A stretch of DNA of 32,000 nt from Halalkalibacterium halodurans (GCF_004376175.1 NZ_SNUY01000029.1:14056-46055); one strand, 5' to 3'. Shown: positions 1 through 10,300, counted from the first letter of the stretch. Numbers and translations: made by a program. Notes: a model not told the origin generated them from the sequence alone.

Positions 1-1596
1 TTCCACCTTTTCTTCATCCTTAAGTGCTCGCACTTCGGTCGTCACCCTACCCCCTACTTCCTTTTTTGAAATGTAGAGGTGCGTATCTGCCATGGCAGCC
101 ACTTGCGGTAAATGAGAAATGCATAAAACTTGCGAGCCGACGGAAATGTGGCGAATTTTTTCCGCTATTGCTTGCGCCACACGTCCGCTTACTCCTGTAT
201 CCACTTCATCGAAAATAACGGACGTGACGCCTTGATGATTGGAGAAGATTGTCTTTAATGCGAGCATAATCCGTGAAATCTCGCCACCTGAAGCGACTTT
301 GGCTAACGGCTTGACTGGTTCCCCTGGATTGGTGGATAAATAAAATTCTACATCATCTACGCCATTTTCACGAAAGGGCTTCTTCCCTTCTGCTGTTTCA
401 TGAAATTTTACTTCGAAGGACGTTTTCTCCATGTAAAGAGCGCGCAACTGCTCATGAATTGACTCGGTTAGCTCCATTGCTATCTGCTTACGAATGTTTG
501 TTAAGGCAGCACTTTCCACTTCTAAATCGAGTCGCATCGTTTCCAATGACTGCTCTAATTGTTTGATGCGGTCATCTTTATGTAAAATCGAATCAAGCTG
601 TTCCTCAATGGTTGATGCGTATTCCACGATTGCGTCGACTGAATCACCATATTTACGTTTCAGCTTCTGCAGTTCATGAAGTCTGCTTTCAATCATTTCA
701 AGTCGTGTAGGATCAAACTCAAGCTTGTCCAAATAGTCACGGAGTGTGAACATCGCCTCTTCAAGTAAATAATACTGCTCCTGTACGTGTTGTTGAAGCT
801 TACCTAATTCTGGGTCGTAGCTCGAAGCGTCTTCAATATGAGTGAGGGCATTGTTGATCCATTCAAGTCCTCGCCCTTCTCCATATAAATTATTGTATGC
901 ATCATGTACAGACTTAAACAGCTTTTCTGCATTTGCCAGCTTTAATCGTTCAGCTTCAAGTCGTTTATCTTCACCTGGTTCAAGGTTTGCGGCTTCAATT
1001 TCTTTTAACTGGTATTGAAATAAATCTGTTTTTTGCGCCATCTCTTTTTCATTTTCCGTCAATTGAGCGAGTTGTCTTTCCAGCGCTAAGTATTGCTTAT
1101 ACAATTCCTTATACTCATCCAACACAGTCTCTAATGGATGGCCCGCAAAATGATCGAGTAGTGAGAGATGCTGCTCTTTATGAAGCAATGTTTGATGCTC
1201 ATGTTGTCCATGGATATCCACAAGGCTTTGACCAATTTCTCTCAAGATTCCGAGCGTGACCAACTTTCCATTAATCCGGCAAATGCTCTTTCCTTGATTT
1301 GTCACATCTCTTCTTAAAACGATCATCCCATCATCCGCTTGTATTCCGAGGGCCTCCGCTTTCGCAAAAGCAGGATGCTTCGGCTCCAATATAAAAAGGC
1401 CTTCAATCTCTGCTCGTTTTTCGCCATAGCGGACATACTCCGCTGATCCTCGGCCTCCTAGCAGCAGACCAATCGCATCAATGATAATTGATTTTCCAGC
1501 ACCCGTTTCCCCTGTCAATACGGTTAAACCTTTATCAAAAGAGACTGTTAATTGTTCAATGATCGCAAATTGTTTGATGGATAACTCAACGAGCAT
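1..1596 (-). CDS. recN: DNA repair protein RecN, N-terminal 532 codons (3' end runs off the left edge)
   Basis: It is absent from the ORF track because no stop lies in the window. The reverse complement from ATG 1596-1594 reads MLVELSIKQFAIIEQLTVSFDKGLTVLTGETGAGKSIIIDAIGLL (Walker A GETGAGKS) and stays open to position 1. It lies downstream of ahrC, as in B. subtilis. Confidence 0.9.
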   Translation of the reverse strand, partial: MLVELSIKQFAIIEQLTVSFDKGLTVLTGETGAGKSIIIDAIGLLLGGRGSAEYVRYGEKRAEIEGLFILEPKHPAFAKAEALGIQADDGMIVLRRDVTNQGKSICRINGKLVTLGILREIGQSLVDIHGQHEHQTLLHKEQHLSLLDHFAGHPLETVLDEYKELYKQYLALERQLAQLTENEKEMAQKTDLFQYQLKEIEAANLEPGEDKRLEAERLKLANAEKLFKSVHDAYNNLYGEGRGLEWINNALTHIEDASSYDPELGKLQQHVQEQYYLLEEAMFTLRDYLDKLEFDPTRLEMIESRLHELQKLKRKYGDSVDAIVEYASTIEEQLDSILHKDDRIKQLEQSLETMRLDLEVESAALTNIRKQIAMELTESIHEQLRALYMEKTSFEVKFHETAEGKKPFRENGVDDVEFYLSTNPGEPVKPLAKVASGGEISRIMLALKTIFSNHQGVTSVIFDEVDTGVSGRVAQAIAEKIRHISVGSQVLCISHLPQVAAMADTHLYISKKEVGGRVTTEVRALKDEEKVE

Positions 1597-1626
1597 CGCT
1601 CATTCACACCTTTACTATAGGTTAAC

Positions 1627-2076
1627 CTATAACATGTTTAAAAATCGCTCGGTCACTACAGGTCCATCTTGCTTGTCTTTACATATGATCAGGATCGTAT
1701 CATCACCACAAATGGTTCCCATAATTTCAGTCCAATCAAGGTTATCAATGAGCGCACCAATGGCATGGGCATTCCCTGGCAATGTTTTCATCACAATTAA
1801 ATTATCCGTTCGGTCGATGCTAACAAAAGAGTCCACAAGACCACGTTTGAGCTTTTGTAACGGATTAAAACGTTGGTCAGCTGGTAAACTATATTTATAT
1901 CGCCCATCCATCATTGGTACTTTGACAAGATGCAGCTCTTTTATGTCACGAGAAACTGTTGCTTGGGTGACATTGTAACCAGCCGCCTTTAACTGTTCTA
2001 CAAGCTCATCTTGCGTTTCAACATCGTTATTTGCAATGATCTCTCTAATTTTAATATGTCGCTGTCCTTTATTCAT
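1627..2076 (-). CDS. ahrC: Arginine repressor ArgR/AhrC
   Basis: The track ORF is 1627..2085. The sequence from [14 protein letters not shown]...[18 protein letters not shown]...[14 protein letters not shown] is near-collinear with B. subtilis AhrC. I prefer the ATG at 2076 (MNKGQ) to the upstream start. Confidence 0.93.
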   Translation of the reverse strand: MNKGQRHIKIREIIANNDVETQDELVEQLKAAGYNVTQATVSRDIKELHLVKVPMMDGRYKYSLPADQRFNPLQKLKRGLVDSFVSIDRTDNLIVMKTLPGNAHAIGALIDNLDWTEIMGTICGDDTILIICKDKQDGPVVTERFLNML

Positions 2077-2221
2077 GATTACCACCTGTTTTCTAGAGTC
2101 AATACCTTTATTATCTACATAATTTGTTAGGAAAACAACCGATGATGACTGACTGTAGGCGCACTCGGAAAGTCGCCTCGTGTTTGACGCTTTGCGCTAG
2201 ACATCTCTGTTTCTATATTTA

Positions 2222-2249
2222 TAGAAAAACTTGGCATAGTGGCCAAGCT
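2222..2249 (-). terminator. Candidate Rho-independent terminator after tlyA/yqxC
   Basis: On the minus strand, CTTGGC-CACTAT-GCCAAG is followed by TTTTTCT. The stem is only 6 bp, so the call is weak. Confidence 0.45.
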
Positions 2250-2275
2250 TCCTTGTTGCTTTTTTCTCGATCGTT

Positions 2276-3094
2276 TTACCCTTTTTTCAACTCTAAATGG
2301 GCCCGTTCAACAGTGTCTCGAATCATTTCTTGGGAAATAAAGGATTCTTTATCCTTTCGCCACATCAGGTGAAGAAGAAACTCAATATTTCCTTCTCCTC
2401 CCGTTATAGGTGAAAAGTCAAGTCCTCCTACGGCATAACCTTCTTTTAAAGCAAATTCAACGATTGTGCTTAACACTTTTTGATGAACGCTTTTATCACG
2501 GACGATCCCCTTTTTCCCCACTTCCTCTCGACCTGCTTCAAATTGTGGCTTCACTAAAGCTACGACGTCGCTATTCTCAAGAAGCATCGTTTTTAAAACA
2601 GGTAAAATGAGTTTAAGCGAAATAAAGGATACATCAATGGTCGCCATATTTGGCAGTCCACGTTCTAATACCTCTGGCTTCAAATAACGAAAATTCGTCC
2701 GTTCCATTACAACGACTCGCTCGTCTTGGCGAAGCTTCCATGCTAATTGATTGTAGCCTACATCGACCGCATACACGAAGGTCGCCCCATTTTGCAAGGC
2801 GCAATCTGTAAACCCTCCTGTAGAAGCACCGATATCTAAGACAGCTCTGTCGGTTAAATGGAGGTCAAATGCACGGATGGCTTTTTCTAGTTTTAAACCG
2901 CCTCTGCTGACATAAGGAAGCACCTCTCCCTTGACGGAAAGAGGTGTATCACGATCCACCTTTAACCCAGGTTTATCGACTCGTTCATGTCCTGAGAAAA
3001 CGAGACCAGCCATAATCGACCGTTTGGCTTTTTCCCTCGTTTCCATCAGGCCACGCTCCACGAGCAATACATCTACACGTTCTTTTTTACTCAT
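2276..3094 (-). CDS. tlyA: TlyA-family rRNA 2'-O-methyltransferase (YqxC-like; S4 domain plus FtsJ-type methyltransferase)
   Basis: The 272-aa ORF has an N-terminus of MSKKERVDVLLVERGL..REKAKRSIMAG (S4-like) and an SAM motif LDIGASTGGFTD. Its position between dxs and ahrC matches B. subtilis. Confidence 0.9.
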   Translation of the reverse strand: MSKKERVDVLLVERGLMETREKAKRSIMAGLVFSGHERVDKPGLKVDRDTPLSVKGEVLPYVSRGGLKLEKAIRAFDLHLTDRAVLDIGASTGGFTDCALQNGATFVYAVDVGYNQLAWKLRQDERVVVMERTNFRYLKPEVLERGLPNMATIDVSFISLKLILPVLKTMLLENSDVVALVKPQFEAGREEVGKKGIVRDKSVHQKVLSTIVEFALKEGYAVGGLDFSPITGGEGNIEFLLHLMWRKDKESFISQEMIRDTVERAHLELKKG

Positions 3095-3101
3095 CTTAGC
3101 C

Positions 3102-4991
3102 TTACGCCCTTTTTTGCTTTCTCGGAAGCAATTTGCTTAATTGGTTCGCCACTTGGCTTGAGGTGAGGCCAATTTCTTCAAGCAATTCGCTTACGCTTCC
3201 GTGTTCAATAAATCGATCAGGTATTCCCATCCGCTGGGTGACGACATTGTGATACCCATGGTCATGGAAAAATTCCAGTACCGCACTACCAAAACTTCCT
3301 TGCACCGCTGTCTCCTCAAGCGTTAATACTGGTCGCCCGCTTTTCGCAATCTCGTGAAGCATCGCCTCATCAAGAGGTTTAACCGACCTAGCATTGATTA
3401 ACCGGATGGAATAACCTTGTTGTGAAAGCTCTTTACTCGCTTGCTCTGCAACTGGGATCATCGTTCCGAAGGTAAGAATACAGGCATCCGTTCCTTCTTG
3501 TAGCACTTCCCACGATCCAATTGGGATTTCCTTTAACACCTCGTCCATTTTGATTCCATACCCGTTCCCTCTCGGATAACGGACAGCTATTGGTCCACCC
3601 TCATATTGAATGGCTGTATAAACCATGTGCTGCAATTCATTTTCGTCCTTTGGCATAAGGATCTTCATGTTTGGTAAATGGCGTAAATAGGCGATATCGA
3701 AAACCCCTTGATGTGTTTCGCCATCTGCCCCAACAAGTCCTGCTCGGTCAATTGCAAAAAACACGTTTAAGTTTTGCCTGCAAATGTCGTGCACGACTTG
3801 GTCATATCCCCTTTGCAAAAAGGTTGAATACACAGCGAATACGGGCTTTAACCCTTGTGTTGCAAGTCCCCCGGCCATTGTGGTCGCATGCTGCTCTGCA
3901 ATCCCTACATCAAACATACGATCTGGAAATTCCTTTGCGAATTGGTCAAGCTTCGTCCCACCAGGCATGGCTGCAGTGAGGGCCACAATTCGAGGGTCGT
4001 TGCGAGCAATTTTCTTTAATGTTTCTGCAAACACACCGCTATAACTTGGCGGAGCCGGTTTTTTTACAAGCTCACCTGATTCAATTTTGTAATGACCGAC
4101 CCCATGCCATGTACCCTTCTCATCATTTTCTGCGGGGGCGTAGCCTTTTCCTTTTTTCGTCAGAACGTGAATGAGGACAGGACCTTTTGTTTTCTTCGCG
4201 TATTTCAAGTTTTCCATCAAATCGTCAAGGTCATGGCCGTCGACTGGTCCTAAATACGTAAAGCCCATTTCTTCAAAGAAAATGCCAGATACGAGCAAGT
4301 ACTTTAAGCTGTCTTTCACACGCTCAGCCGCTTGAGCCAACTTACCACCGAAAGCTGGAATCTTTTTGATCAGCATTTCCAGATCTTCTTTTGCCTTTTG
4401 ATATTTACCTGCTGTCCGCAAGCGCCCAAGAACATTGTGAAGAGCACCGACATTTGGAGCGATCGACATTTCATTATCGTTTAATACGACAATTAAATCC
4501 TTCTGCTCATGTCCGATATGGTTTAACGCTTCGAGGGCCATGCCACCTGTCAACGCTCCATCACCAATGATGGCGATAACGTTTTCATCTGTCCCCTTTA
4601 AATCACGGGCTGTAGCCATTCCCATCGCTGCAGATAGAGAAGTGGAACTGTGTCCCGTTTCCCAAACATCATGCTCACTCTCGTCGCGTTTCGGAAATCC
4701 ACAAAGCCCTTTATATTGTCTAAGTTGATCGAATTGTCCTGCTCGTCCAGTCAAAATTTTATGTACGTAAGCTTGATGACCTACGTCCCAAATCAACTTG
4801 TCTTTCGGACTGTCAAACAGTGAATGTAATGCCAACGTCAATTCGACAACCCCAAGGTTTGGCCCGAGATGGCCGCCCGTAATGGATAGCTTTTCAATTA
4901 AAAATTGACGAATCTCTTCCGCTAATTGCTCCAATTCTTGCTTTGTCATTGATTTGATCAAGGAAGGATCGTGCAGCTTCTCTAAGTCCAT
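3102..4991 (-). CDS. dxs: 1-deoxy-D-xylulose-5-phosphate synthase
   Basis: The 629-aa ORF begins [56 protein letters not shown], which are TPP-binding motifs. It appears full length and collinear with Dxs. Confidence 0.97.
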   Translation of the reverse strand: MDLEKLHDPSLIKSMTKQELEQLAEEIRQFLIEKLSITGGHLGPNLGVVELTLALHSLFDSPKDKLIWDVGHQAYVHKILTGRAGQFDQLRQYKGLCGFPKRDESEHDVWETGHSSTSLSAAMGMATARDLKGTDENVIAIIGDGALTGGMALEALNHIGHEQKDLIVVLNDNEMSIAPNVGALHNVLGRLRTAGKYQKAKEDLEMLIKKIPAFGGKLAQAAERVKDSLKYLLVSGIFFEEMGFTYLGPVDGHDLDDLMENLKYAKKTKGPVLIHVLTKKGKGYAPAENDEKGTWHGVGHYKIESGELVKKPAPPSYSGVFAETLKKIARNDPRIVALTAAMPGGTKLDQFAKEFPDRMFDVGIAEQHATTMAGGLATQGLKPVFAVYSTFLQRGYDQVVHDICRQNLNVFFAIDRAGLVGADGETHQGVFDIAYLRHLPNMKILMPKDENELQHMVYTAIQYEGGPIAVRYPRGNGYGIKMDEVLKEIPIGSWEVLQEGTDACILTFGTMIPVAEQASKELSQQGYSIRLINARSVKPLDEAMLHEIAKSGRPVLTLEETAVQGSFGSAVLEFFHDHGYHNVVTQRMGIPDRFIEHGSVSELLEEIGLTSSQVANQLSKLLPRKQKRA

Positions 4992-5000
4992 GAAGTGACC

Positions 5001-5615
5001 TCACTTTCGAGAATTTTTCTCTTTCTTCTTTTTTCCATTTGGTAGAAAGTTTATGTTCATTTTTTCTTCAAGAAAATAAAACACTTTTCCTACTTGGTAA
5101 ATAATTGCGGTGGAATGCTCAATCGCCAATGTCTTCCCAATCGCTTTACCGCCCACCGTTAGCGCGGCTACCACACTCGTAAATAAAACCGACAACGCAA
5201 ATTGCTGGCCTGAGTTTTCACCATACCCGAGCTGTAAAGCCAACTGAATGACAACATAGGTGGCTGCTGTTCCACTCACAATACCTGATATATCTCCAAT
5301 TACATCGTTGCAAAAATTCGCAAACCGATCCGCATTGCGAGTAATGGCGACAGCTTGTTTTGCCCCTTTTAACCGCTCTGAAGCCATCGCATGAAATGGC
5401 TTTTCATCTGCTGCAGTTGCTGCCACCCCAATTGTATCAAAAAGAATCCCAACAAGCACAATAAGCAAAACGATTCCCATGCCAACTGCCCAGGAAACAC
5501 CGCTTAACATGAATGTGGAGACAATTGAAAAAATCGCCGCTAACACAAGCGTGATAACGGCAATAGCTAAAGTCCAATTTATTGATTTTCCTAGAGATTT
5601 CATAGCGCCTCGCAT
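5001..5615 (-). CDS. oapA: OLE-associated membrane protein OapA (four predicted TM helices, Lys-rich C-terminal tail)
   Basis: The ORF is 204 aa, or 200 aa if the start is MKSLGK at 5603. Four hydrophobic spans are visible: WTLAIAVITLVLAAIFSIV, WAVGMGIVLLIVLVGILF, ISGIVSGTAATYVVIQLAL and FALSVLFTSVVAALTVGG. It lies immediately 3' of the large ncRNA and 9 nt 5' of dxs. No counterpart occupies this position in B. subtilis. Confidence 0.75.
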   Translation of the reverse strand: MRGAMKSLGKSINWTLAIAVITLVLAAIFSIVSTFMLSGVSWAVGMGIVLLIVLVGILFDTIGVAATAADEKPFHAMASERLKGAKQAVAITRNADRFANFCNDVIGDISGIVSGTAATYVVIQLALQLGYGENSGQQFALSVLFTSVVAALTVGGKAIGKTLAIEHSTAIIYQVGKVFYFLEEKMNINFLPNGKKKKEKNSRK

Positions 5616-5659
5616 ACACCTTTTTAAATAGAATACACTAAATTCGTTCCGACTGCGTA

Positions 5660-6275
5660 TGTATGAGAGTGGTCATTTAAAGAGTAAACTCTGTGGCTTA
5701 GGTCCAGTAGGATTTCCCAATTCAACACCAGTGCGTCGCCGCGCTGGCGGTTTCCCTTTATGTTGAACTTGGCGCTGTCACCAAACGCCAGACTGGATTA
5801 CCACTTAGTCCACACTGTAATCCTCTTTAAATGTCCCCATGGAACAGTCTAGGAGTTTTCCTCGGCAATCCCTTGCCATTCTCTTATCCTCTTTTGCAGA
5901 GCAGATTTCATATGGTACTAGAGAGGCAATGGCTGTTGGCCGACAGCGGATTGCTTCAAAACCCATAATCCCCTCTACTCCACTCAAGGCAGGCTACGCT
6001 GCTGACAAGCTCCCTAGCTTGCCTTCGCAGGTTCATACCCTTTGCTCTTGCCCTATGTCCATACATAAGCAGCAGAGAAAAAGGCCTCCACAGTAGGAGG
6101 GTCATCGCCCACATGCCTTTGTGGATCGCCCTACTACCTTTTCTCCCAGCAATGACCCAAGGCTGGGCGCCTCAAGCCATCACAAGGAGCTTCATCGATG
6201 TGCCCTTTGGCGGATTTTTAGCCCCGCCTTCAAGAATGGAGGATTGACTAGAATACTGCACCACTCTTATTCTAA
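5660..6275 (-). ncRNA. ole: OLE (ornate, large, extremophilic) RNA; ends approximate
   Basis: The 723-bp gap between ispA and oapA has no credible ORF. It carries many GC-rich local helices on the minus strand: GGCGG/CCGCC 6209-6228, CCACA/TGTGG 6109-6124 nested in GTAGGAGGG/CCCTACTAC 6093-6137, GCTGT/ACAGC 5932-5947, GGCAA/TTGCC 5864-5877 and GGATTAC/GTAATCC 5795-5823. An own promoter sits at 6281-6309. The ispA-RNA-4TM protein-dxs synteny matches the published OLE locus. The 5' end is set from that promoter and the 3' end from the expected ~600-nt size. Confidence 0.8.
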
Positions 6276-6280
6276 AAGAC

Positions 6281-6309
6281 ATTATACCATGAAATCAATC
6301 GAAGCTCAA
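6281..6309 (-). promoter_or_regulatory. Sigma-A type promoter with extended -10, directly upstream of OLE RNA
   Basis: The minus strand reads TTGAGC (6309-6304), a 17-nt spacer ending in TGG, then TATAAT (6286-6281). This gives TGnTATAAT. It starts about 30 nt after the ispA stop codon. Confidence 0.5.
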
Positions 6310-6338
6310 TTACATTAATTCCCTTCTTTGATCAGCAA

Positions 6339-7223
6339 CTAATGGTTACGATTCACGACATAATCCGTTAATTCCTCTAATAAGCGATGGTTCATTTGAA
6401 CACTATATAAATATTCCTTTGCCAGCAAAGTATGCAAGTGAAGCTTCTCTTTTGCCCCTTCGAGGGTTAATAGGCTTGGATAGGTGCTTTTTTGATTTCC
6501 ATCATCGCTTCCAACTGGTTTACCAATGGCAGCTTGATCCCCTTCAACATCTAAAATATCATCTTTTATTTGAAAGAGTAAGCCTAATTCTCTTGAAAAT
6601 CTACGTATGTTCTCAATATCTTGTTCAGATGCATCCGCAAGCCTTGCCCCTGCAACAATGGCGAACGAGAGAAGCGCCCCTGTTTTATGATGGTGGATAT
6701 ATTCAAGTCCCTCGACCGTTAGTTTTTGATTTTCTCCTTCGATATCAGCTACTTGTCCGCCTACCATTCCTTCTGGTCCAGCAGCCCTTGCAAGCTCTTC
6801 TATCAAGCAGAGTGTTTTGGCCGGGTCAACACCTTTCATTTTGGCCACAATCTCAAAGCTGTACGTTAATAATGCATCCCCTGCAAGAATGGCATGAGCT
6901 TCTCCGAACACTTTATGGTTCGTCGGTTTTCCCCGGCGAATATCATCATCATCCATCGATGGGAGGTCATCATGAATGAGCGAGTACGTATGAATCATCT
7001 CAATCGCACAGGCAAGGTCAATCCCCTGTGAAATATCCTTTTGAAAACTTTTCATCGTTGCCAATAGCAGCGCTGGTCGAATTCGTTTTCCTCCTGCCTT
7101 CAAGGAGTAAAGCATAGAATTTTTCAGCATGTCAGGAGAATTTAGTCGTTCAATATGTGCAGGCATCCGCTCTTCGATGATGTCTTTAATTTCATCTAAA
7201 AATTGTAACAGTTGTACACTCAC
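6339..7223 (-). CDS. ispA: Farnesyl diphosphate synthase (polyprenyl synthetase)
   Basis: The 294-aa ORF has both Asp-rich motifs, [17 protein letters not shown] and FQIKDDILD. Its GTG start overlaps the xseB stop (GTGA). Confidence 0.95.
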   Translation of the reverse strand: MSVQLLQFLDEIKDIIEERMPAHIERLNSPDMLKNSMLYSLKAGGKRIRPALLLATMKSFQKDISQGIDLACAIEMIHTYSLIHDDLPSMDDDDIRRGKPTNHKVFGEAHAILAGDALLTYSFEIVAKMKGVDPAKTLCLIEELARAAGPEGMVGGQVADIEGENQKLTVEGLEYIHHHKTGALLSFAIVAGARLADASEQDIENIRRFSRELGLLFQIKDDILDVEGDQAAIGKPVGSDDGNQKSTYPSLLTLEGAKEKLHLHTLLAKEYLYSVQMNHRLLEELTDYVVNRNH

Positions 7224-7462
7224 TCTTGTTCCTCCTGCAATACTGTTTCCTCAAAATTCCCATCTTCTTTCAATATCTGATCCATCTGCTTCTCTACAGT
7301 TGCCAGCTTTTCATGACAAACCTTCGAGAGGTTCATCCCTTTTTGGAACATCGAAATGGCTTCCTCTAGCGGCACGTCCCCTTGTTCAAGCTGTTCTACC
7401 ACTTCTTCAAGCTGCTCCATCGCCTCTTCAAAACTGAGTGGCGGTTGTTCATTTTTGATCAT
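7220..7462 (-). CDS. xseB: Exodeoxyribonuclease VII small subunit
   Basis: The 80-aa ORF reads [45 protein letters not shown], typical of XseB. It overlaps xseA and ispA in operon fashion. Confidence 0.93.
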   Translation of the reverse strand: MIKNEQPPLSFEEAMEQLEEVVEQLEQGDVPLEEAISMFQKGMNLSKVCHEKLATVEKQMDQILKEDGNFEETVLQEEQE

Positions 7463-8834
7463 ATCCTTCTCCCCCGCTTTCGCTCTCTATTTCTTTCACA
7501 TCACAGATGAGCTGCCCATCAGTAACCCGAAGGTGCAAGCGGTCATTCATCCTTACTTGCTTCACCGATTTTATCAGCTCTTGAGTTTTCGCTTTATATG
7601 GTAACGCGTAACCCCTCTCCATGACTCGCAGTGGACTGAGGAGGTTCAAACTAGAAATGGCTTGTTGGAATTGCTGCTCTTTCCGCTCCATCATTTGTTG
7701 GAATTCTTTCTTCAATAAAACTTCTAGCTTTACTCTTGCTTGCTCCGCTTGCCTGAGGCGCCCTTCTGGATGGATTCGTTTTAAGCGGTATTCAAGCTGA
7801 CTCAGTCGATCCTTAGCATCGCTAACCATTCGCCGTTGATGCTTCGTCAATCGCTCAAGCTGTTGATCAAGCTCTAATTCCTTTTGTTTAACCAATTGTG
7901 CTGGATAACGAAAGGCATACGATTTTTGCAGGCGTTGAAGGTGTTCTTTTTGCCTTTTGAGTAGTTCATGCTGGGCACGTTTTAGCCTTTGGGTATATTG
8001 GTTGACACGAGAGATGAGCTCTTTCAAGTCTGGAACGGCTAGCTCAGCGGCTCCTGTCGGTGTAGCTGCTCGTACATCGGCGACAAAGTCAGCGATTGTA
8101 TAATCTGTTTCATGACCGACAGCTGAAATGATCGGAATGACCGACTGATAAATCGCTCGGGCAACAAGCTCTTCATTAAATGCCCATAATTCTTCAATCG
8201 AACCCCCACCTCGACCAACAATGAGAAGATCGAATCCACCTACCTCATTGGCTTGCCTAATCGCTTTTGCGATCGAATGAGGTGCTTCCTCCCCTTGCAC
8301 GAGTACAGGGAGAAGCGTCAATTGAGCGATAGGAAAACGCCGTTTAATGGTTGAGGCGATGTCACGAATCGCTGCTCCTGTTGGCGATGTTACGATCGCA
8401 ATTTGTCTTGCAACAGGAGGCAATGGCTTTTTGTTTTCTTCCTTAAACAGTCCTTCTTGTTCAAGTCGTTCTTTTAGTTGTTCATAGGCAAGATATAAGT
8501 TTCCGATCCCATCCGGCTGCATTTCAAGCGCATAAAGTTGATATTGACCAAACGGTTCATACACGTTCACTTCTCCGCGAACAATGACCTTCATTCCATT
8601 TTCAGGTTTGAAATTTAAAAAACGATTATTACCTGCAAACATCACAGCAGACATTTTAGCATGCTCATCCTTTAGTGTGAAGTACATATGCCCTCTACTA
8701 TGATGCTTAAAGTTAGAGATCTCTCCTCGCATCCAAACGTCTTGCAATAACGGGTCATCTTCAATGGTTCGCTTCAAATGTCGTGTCACTTCTGAAACCG
8801 TCAAGATTGGCTGCTGACCTGCCATTTCACACAC
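7449..8834 (-). CDS. xseA: Exodeoxyribonuclease VII large subunit
   Basis: The 461-aa ORF has an N-terminal OB-fold region ([46 protein letters not shown]) and a catalytic region ([16 protein letters not shown]). The true start may be the internal MAGQQ. Confidence 0.95.
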   Translation of the reverse strand: MCEMAGQQPILTVSEVTRHLKRTIEDDPLLQDVWMRGEISNFKHHSRGHMYFTLKDEHAKMSAVMFAGNNRFLNFKPENGMKVIVRGEVNVYEPFGQYQLYALEMQPDGIGNLYLAYEQLKERLEQEGLFKEENKKPLPPVARQIAIVTSPTGAAIRDIASTIKRRFPIAQLTLLPVLVQGEEAPHSIAKAIRQANEVGGFDLLIVGRGGGSIEELWAFNEELVARAIYQSVIPIISAVGHETDYTIADFVADVRAATPTGAAELAVPDLKELISRVNQYTQRLKRAQHELLKRQKEHLQRLQKSYAFRYPAQLVKQKELELDQQLERLTKHQRRMVSDAKDRLSQLEYRLKRIHPEGRLRQAEQARVKLEVLLKKEFQQMMERKEQQFQQAISSLNLLSPLRVMERGYALPYKAKTQELIKSVKQVRMNDRLHLRVTDGQLICDVKEIESESGGEGYDQK

Positions 8835-8837
8835 GCC

Positions 8838-9677
8838 CTATTCTTTCGCTGCTTGAATCGTATTGGCTAATAGCATCGTGATCGTCATTGGTCCGACGCC
8901 TCCAGGAACAGGGGTAAGATGGGACGCTACCTCTCGAACACTTTCAAAGTCCACATCTCCGCAAAGCTTTCCATCGACACGGTTAATGCCGACATCGATC
9001 ACAACAGCGCCTTCTTTGACGTGACTTGCGTCAATAAAACGAGCTCTCCCAACCGCAACAATTAGAATGTCAGCCTGTTTTGTGATCTCAGTTAAATTTT
9101 TTGTACGCGAATGACAATATGTAACGGTAGCATGTTCATTTAACATTAATTGTCCGACTGGTTTACCAACGATATTGCTCCGTCCAACGACAACAACGTG
9201 CTTTCCGGCAATCTCCACATTTGCTTCTTGCAGCATGACAAGCACACCAAAAGGCGTACAAGGAAGGAACGTGTCTTCACCGATCATCATTCGCCCTACA
9301 CTGATCGGATGGAACCCGTCCACGTCTTTGGCAGGAGAAATCCGTTCAATAACCGCCTGTTCCGAAATTTGTTCTGGCAATGGCAGTTGCACGAGGATAC
9401 CATGGATCGTAGGATCGTTGTTCAAACGGTCAATTTCTGTTAACAGCTCCTCTTCCGAAGTGGATGCTGGAAGCTCTTTTAATACAGAATAAATTCCAAT
9501 TTGCTCACACGCTTTTTGTTTTGAGCGAACATATACTGTGGATGCAGGATCATTACCAACAAGAATCACAGCTAAGCCTGGGGTGATTCCACGTTCTTTT
9601 AACTTGGTTACCTCTGATTTTAATTCGTCACGCTTTTTTGCTGCTAATGCTTTTCCATCTAATAATACTGCACTCAT
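8838..9677 (-). CDS. folD: Bifunctional methylenetetrahydrofolate dehydrogenase / methenyl-THF cyclohydrolase
   Basis: The track ORF is 8838..9686. I prefer the ATG at 9677 (MSAVLLDGK) because GGAGTGGAG lies just upstream. Motifs include LAVILVGNDPASTVYVRSK, VVVVGRSNIVGKP and PVPGGVGPMT. Confidence 0.95.
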   Translation of the reverse strand: MSAVLLDGKALAAKKRDELKSEVTKLKERGITPGLAVILVGNDPASTVYVRSKQKACEQIGIYSVLKELPASTSEEELLTEIDRLNNDPTIHGILVQLPLPEQISEQAVIERISPAKDVDGFHPISVGRMMIGEDTFLPCTPFGVLVMLQEANVEIAGKHVVVVGRSNIVGKPVGQLMLNEHATVTYCHSRTKNLTEITKQADILIVAVGRARFIDASHVKEGAVVIDVGINRVDGKLCGDVDFESVREVASHLTPVPGGVGPMTITMLLANTIQAAKE

Positions 9678-9698
9678 CGTCTCCACTCCCTTTAAAAA

Positions 9699-10103
9699 TT
9701 ATTTGTCTTTTGGTTTATAGGCTTCCATTGTTTTTGATAGAACACCATTTATAAATCGACCAGCATCTTCCCCGCCAAAGGCTTTTGCGAGCTCAATTGC
9801 TTCATTAAAAGAGACATTTTTAGGAATATCGTCCACGTAATATAGTTCATATAAAGCCATGCGAAGAATCGCTCGATCTACATTGCCGATCCGGTCCACG
9901 GTCCAGCCTTGAAGGTGATCTGCATATAGCCGGTCCAACTCCTCTTGGTGGGTAACGGTTCCGCTAACAAGGTCGCTCATGAACGAACTTGCCTCTTCCC
10001 CTTCGTCGAGAACACTTTCAATGGCTTTTTCCATTGATGTGTCGATAACATCCATTTGATAAAGAGCTTGTACAGCTCGAAGTCGTGATAAACGTCGATT
10101 CAT
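9699..10103 (-). CDS. nusB: Transcription antitermination factor NusB
   Basis: The track ORF is 9699..10109. AAGGAG is 7 nt from the second ATG (10103, MNRRLSRLRAVQALYQMDV). The sequence has NusB-like helices throughout. Confidence 0.93.
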   Translation of the reverse strand: MNRRLSRLRAVQALYQMDVIDTSMEKAIESVLDEGEEASSFMSDLVSGTVTHQEELDRLYADHLQGWTVDRIGNVDRAILRMALYELYYVDDIPKNVSFNEAIELAKAFGGEDAGRFINGVLSKTMEAYKPKDK

Positions 10104-10300
10104 GCTCATACTCCTTCTAATTGAAAACTTAAAGATAGGTTAAGTTTCCCCATTAATATGTTTGATCATAGCATAACATTTTTCGTAAAAACAGAACAAT
10201 TGCAGAAAAGAGTCGGAACAACTTTCGTTTTCTGAATATTTTTGACCCTTTGTTTATCTATCAACGTTTAACTGATTGCTGAATCCTGTTTGATGAGTGC

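Noticed and set aside
1481-1978. 165-aa plus-strand ORF overlapping recN and ahrC. Similar antisense ORFs occur at 3671..4044, 6419..6979, 9150..9492, 11186..11692, 15269..16167, 16849..17333, 19731..20006, 20224..20788 and 22169..22378
   Set aside because: All lie antisense to, or out of frame with, strongly conserved genes. They lack RBSs and have low-complexity, Ser/Leu/Arg/Pro-heavy sequences typical of shadow ORFs.
5437-5619. 60-aa alternative-frame ORF inside oapA
   Set aside because: It lies on the same strand but out of frame within the clearly membrane-protein-coding frame. No independent signals support it.
5666-6267. Complementary 8-mers AGAGTGGT (minus, 6267-6260) and ACCACTCT (minus, 5673-5666) about 600 nt apart, which could form a closing helix defining the OLE ends
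   Set aside because: An 8-nt complement within a 700-nt region is expected by chance several times over. I used it only as a weak consistency check, not as evidence for the ends.
5805-6318. Three track ORFs (5805..5987 minus, 5839..6096 plus, 6121..6318 plus; 60-85 aa) inside the ispA-oapA gap
   Set aside because: None has an RBS, they overlap one another on both strands, and their composition is Pro/Ser/Arg-rich, as expected from GC-rich RNA helices. The region is better explained as the OLE ncRNA.
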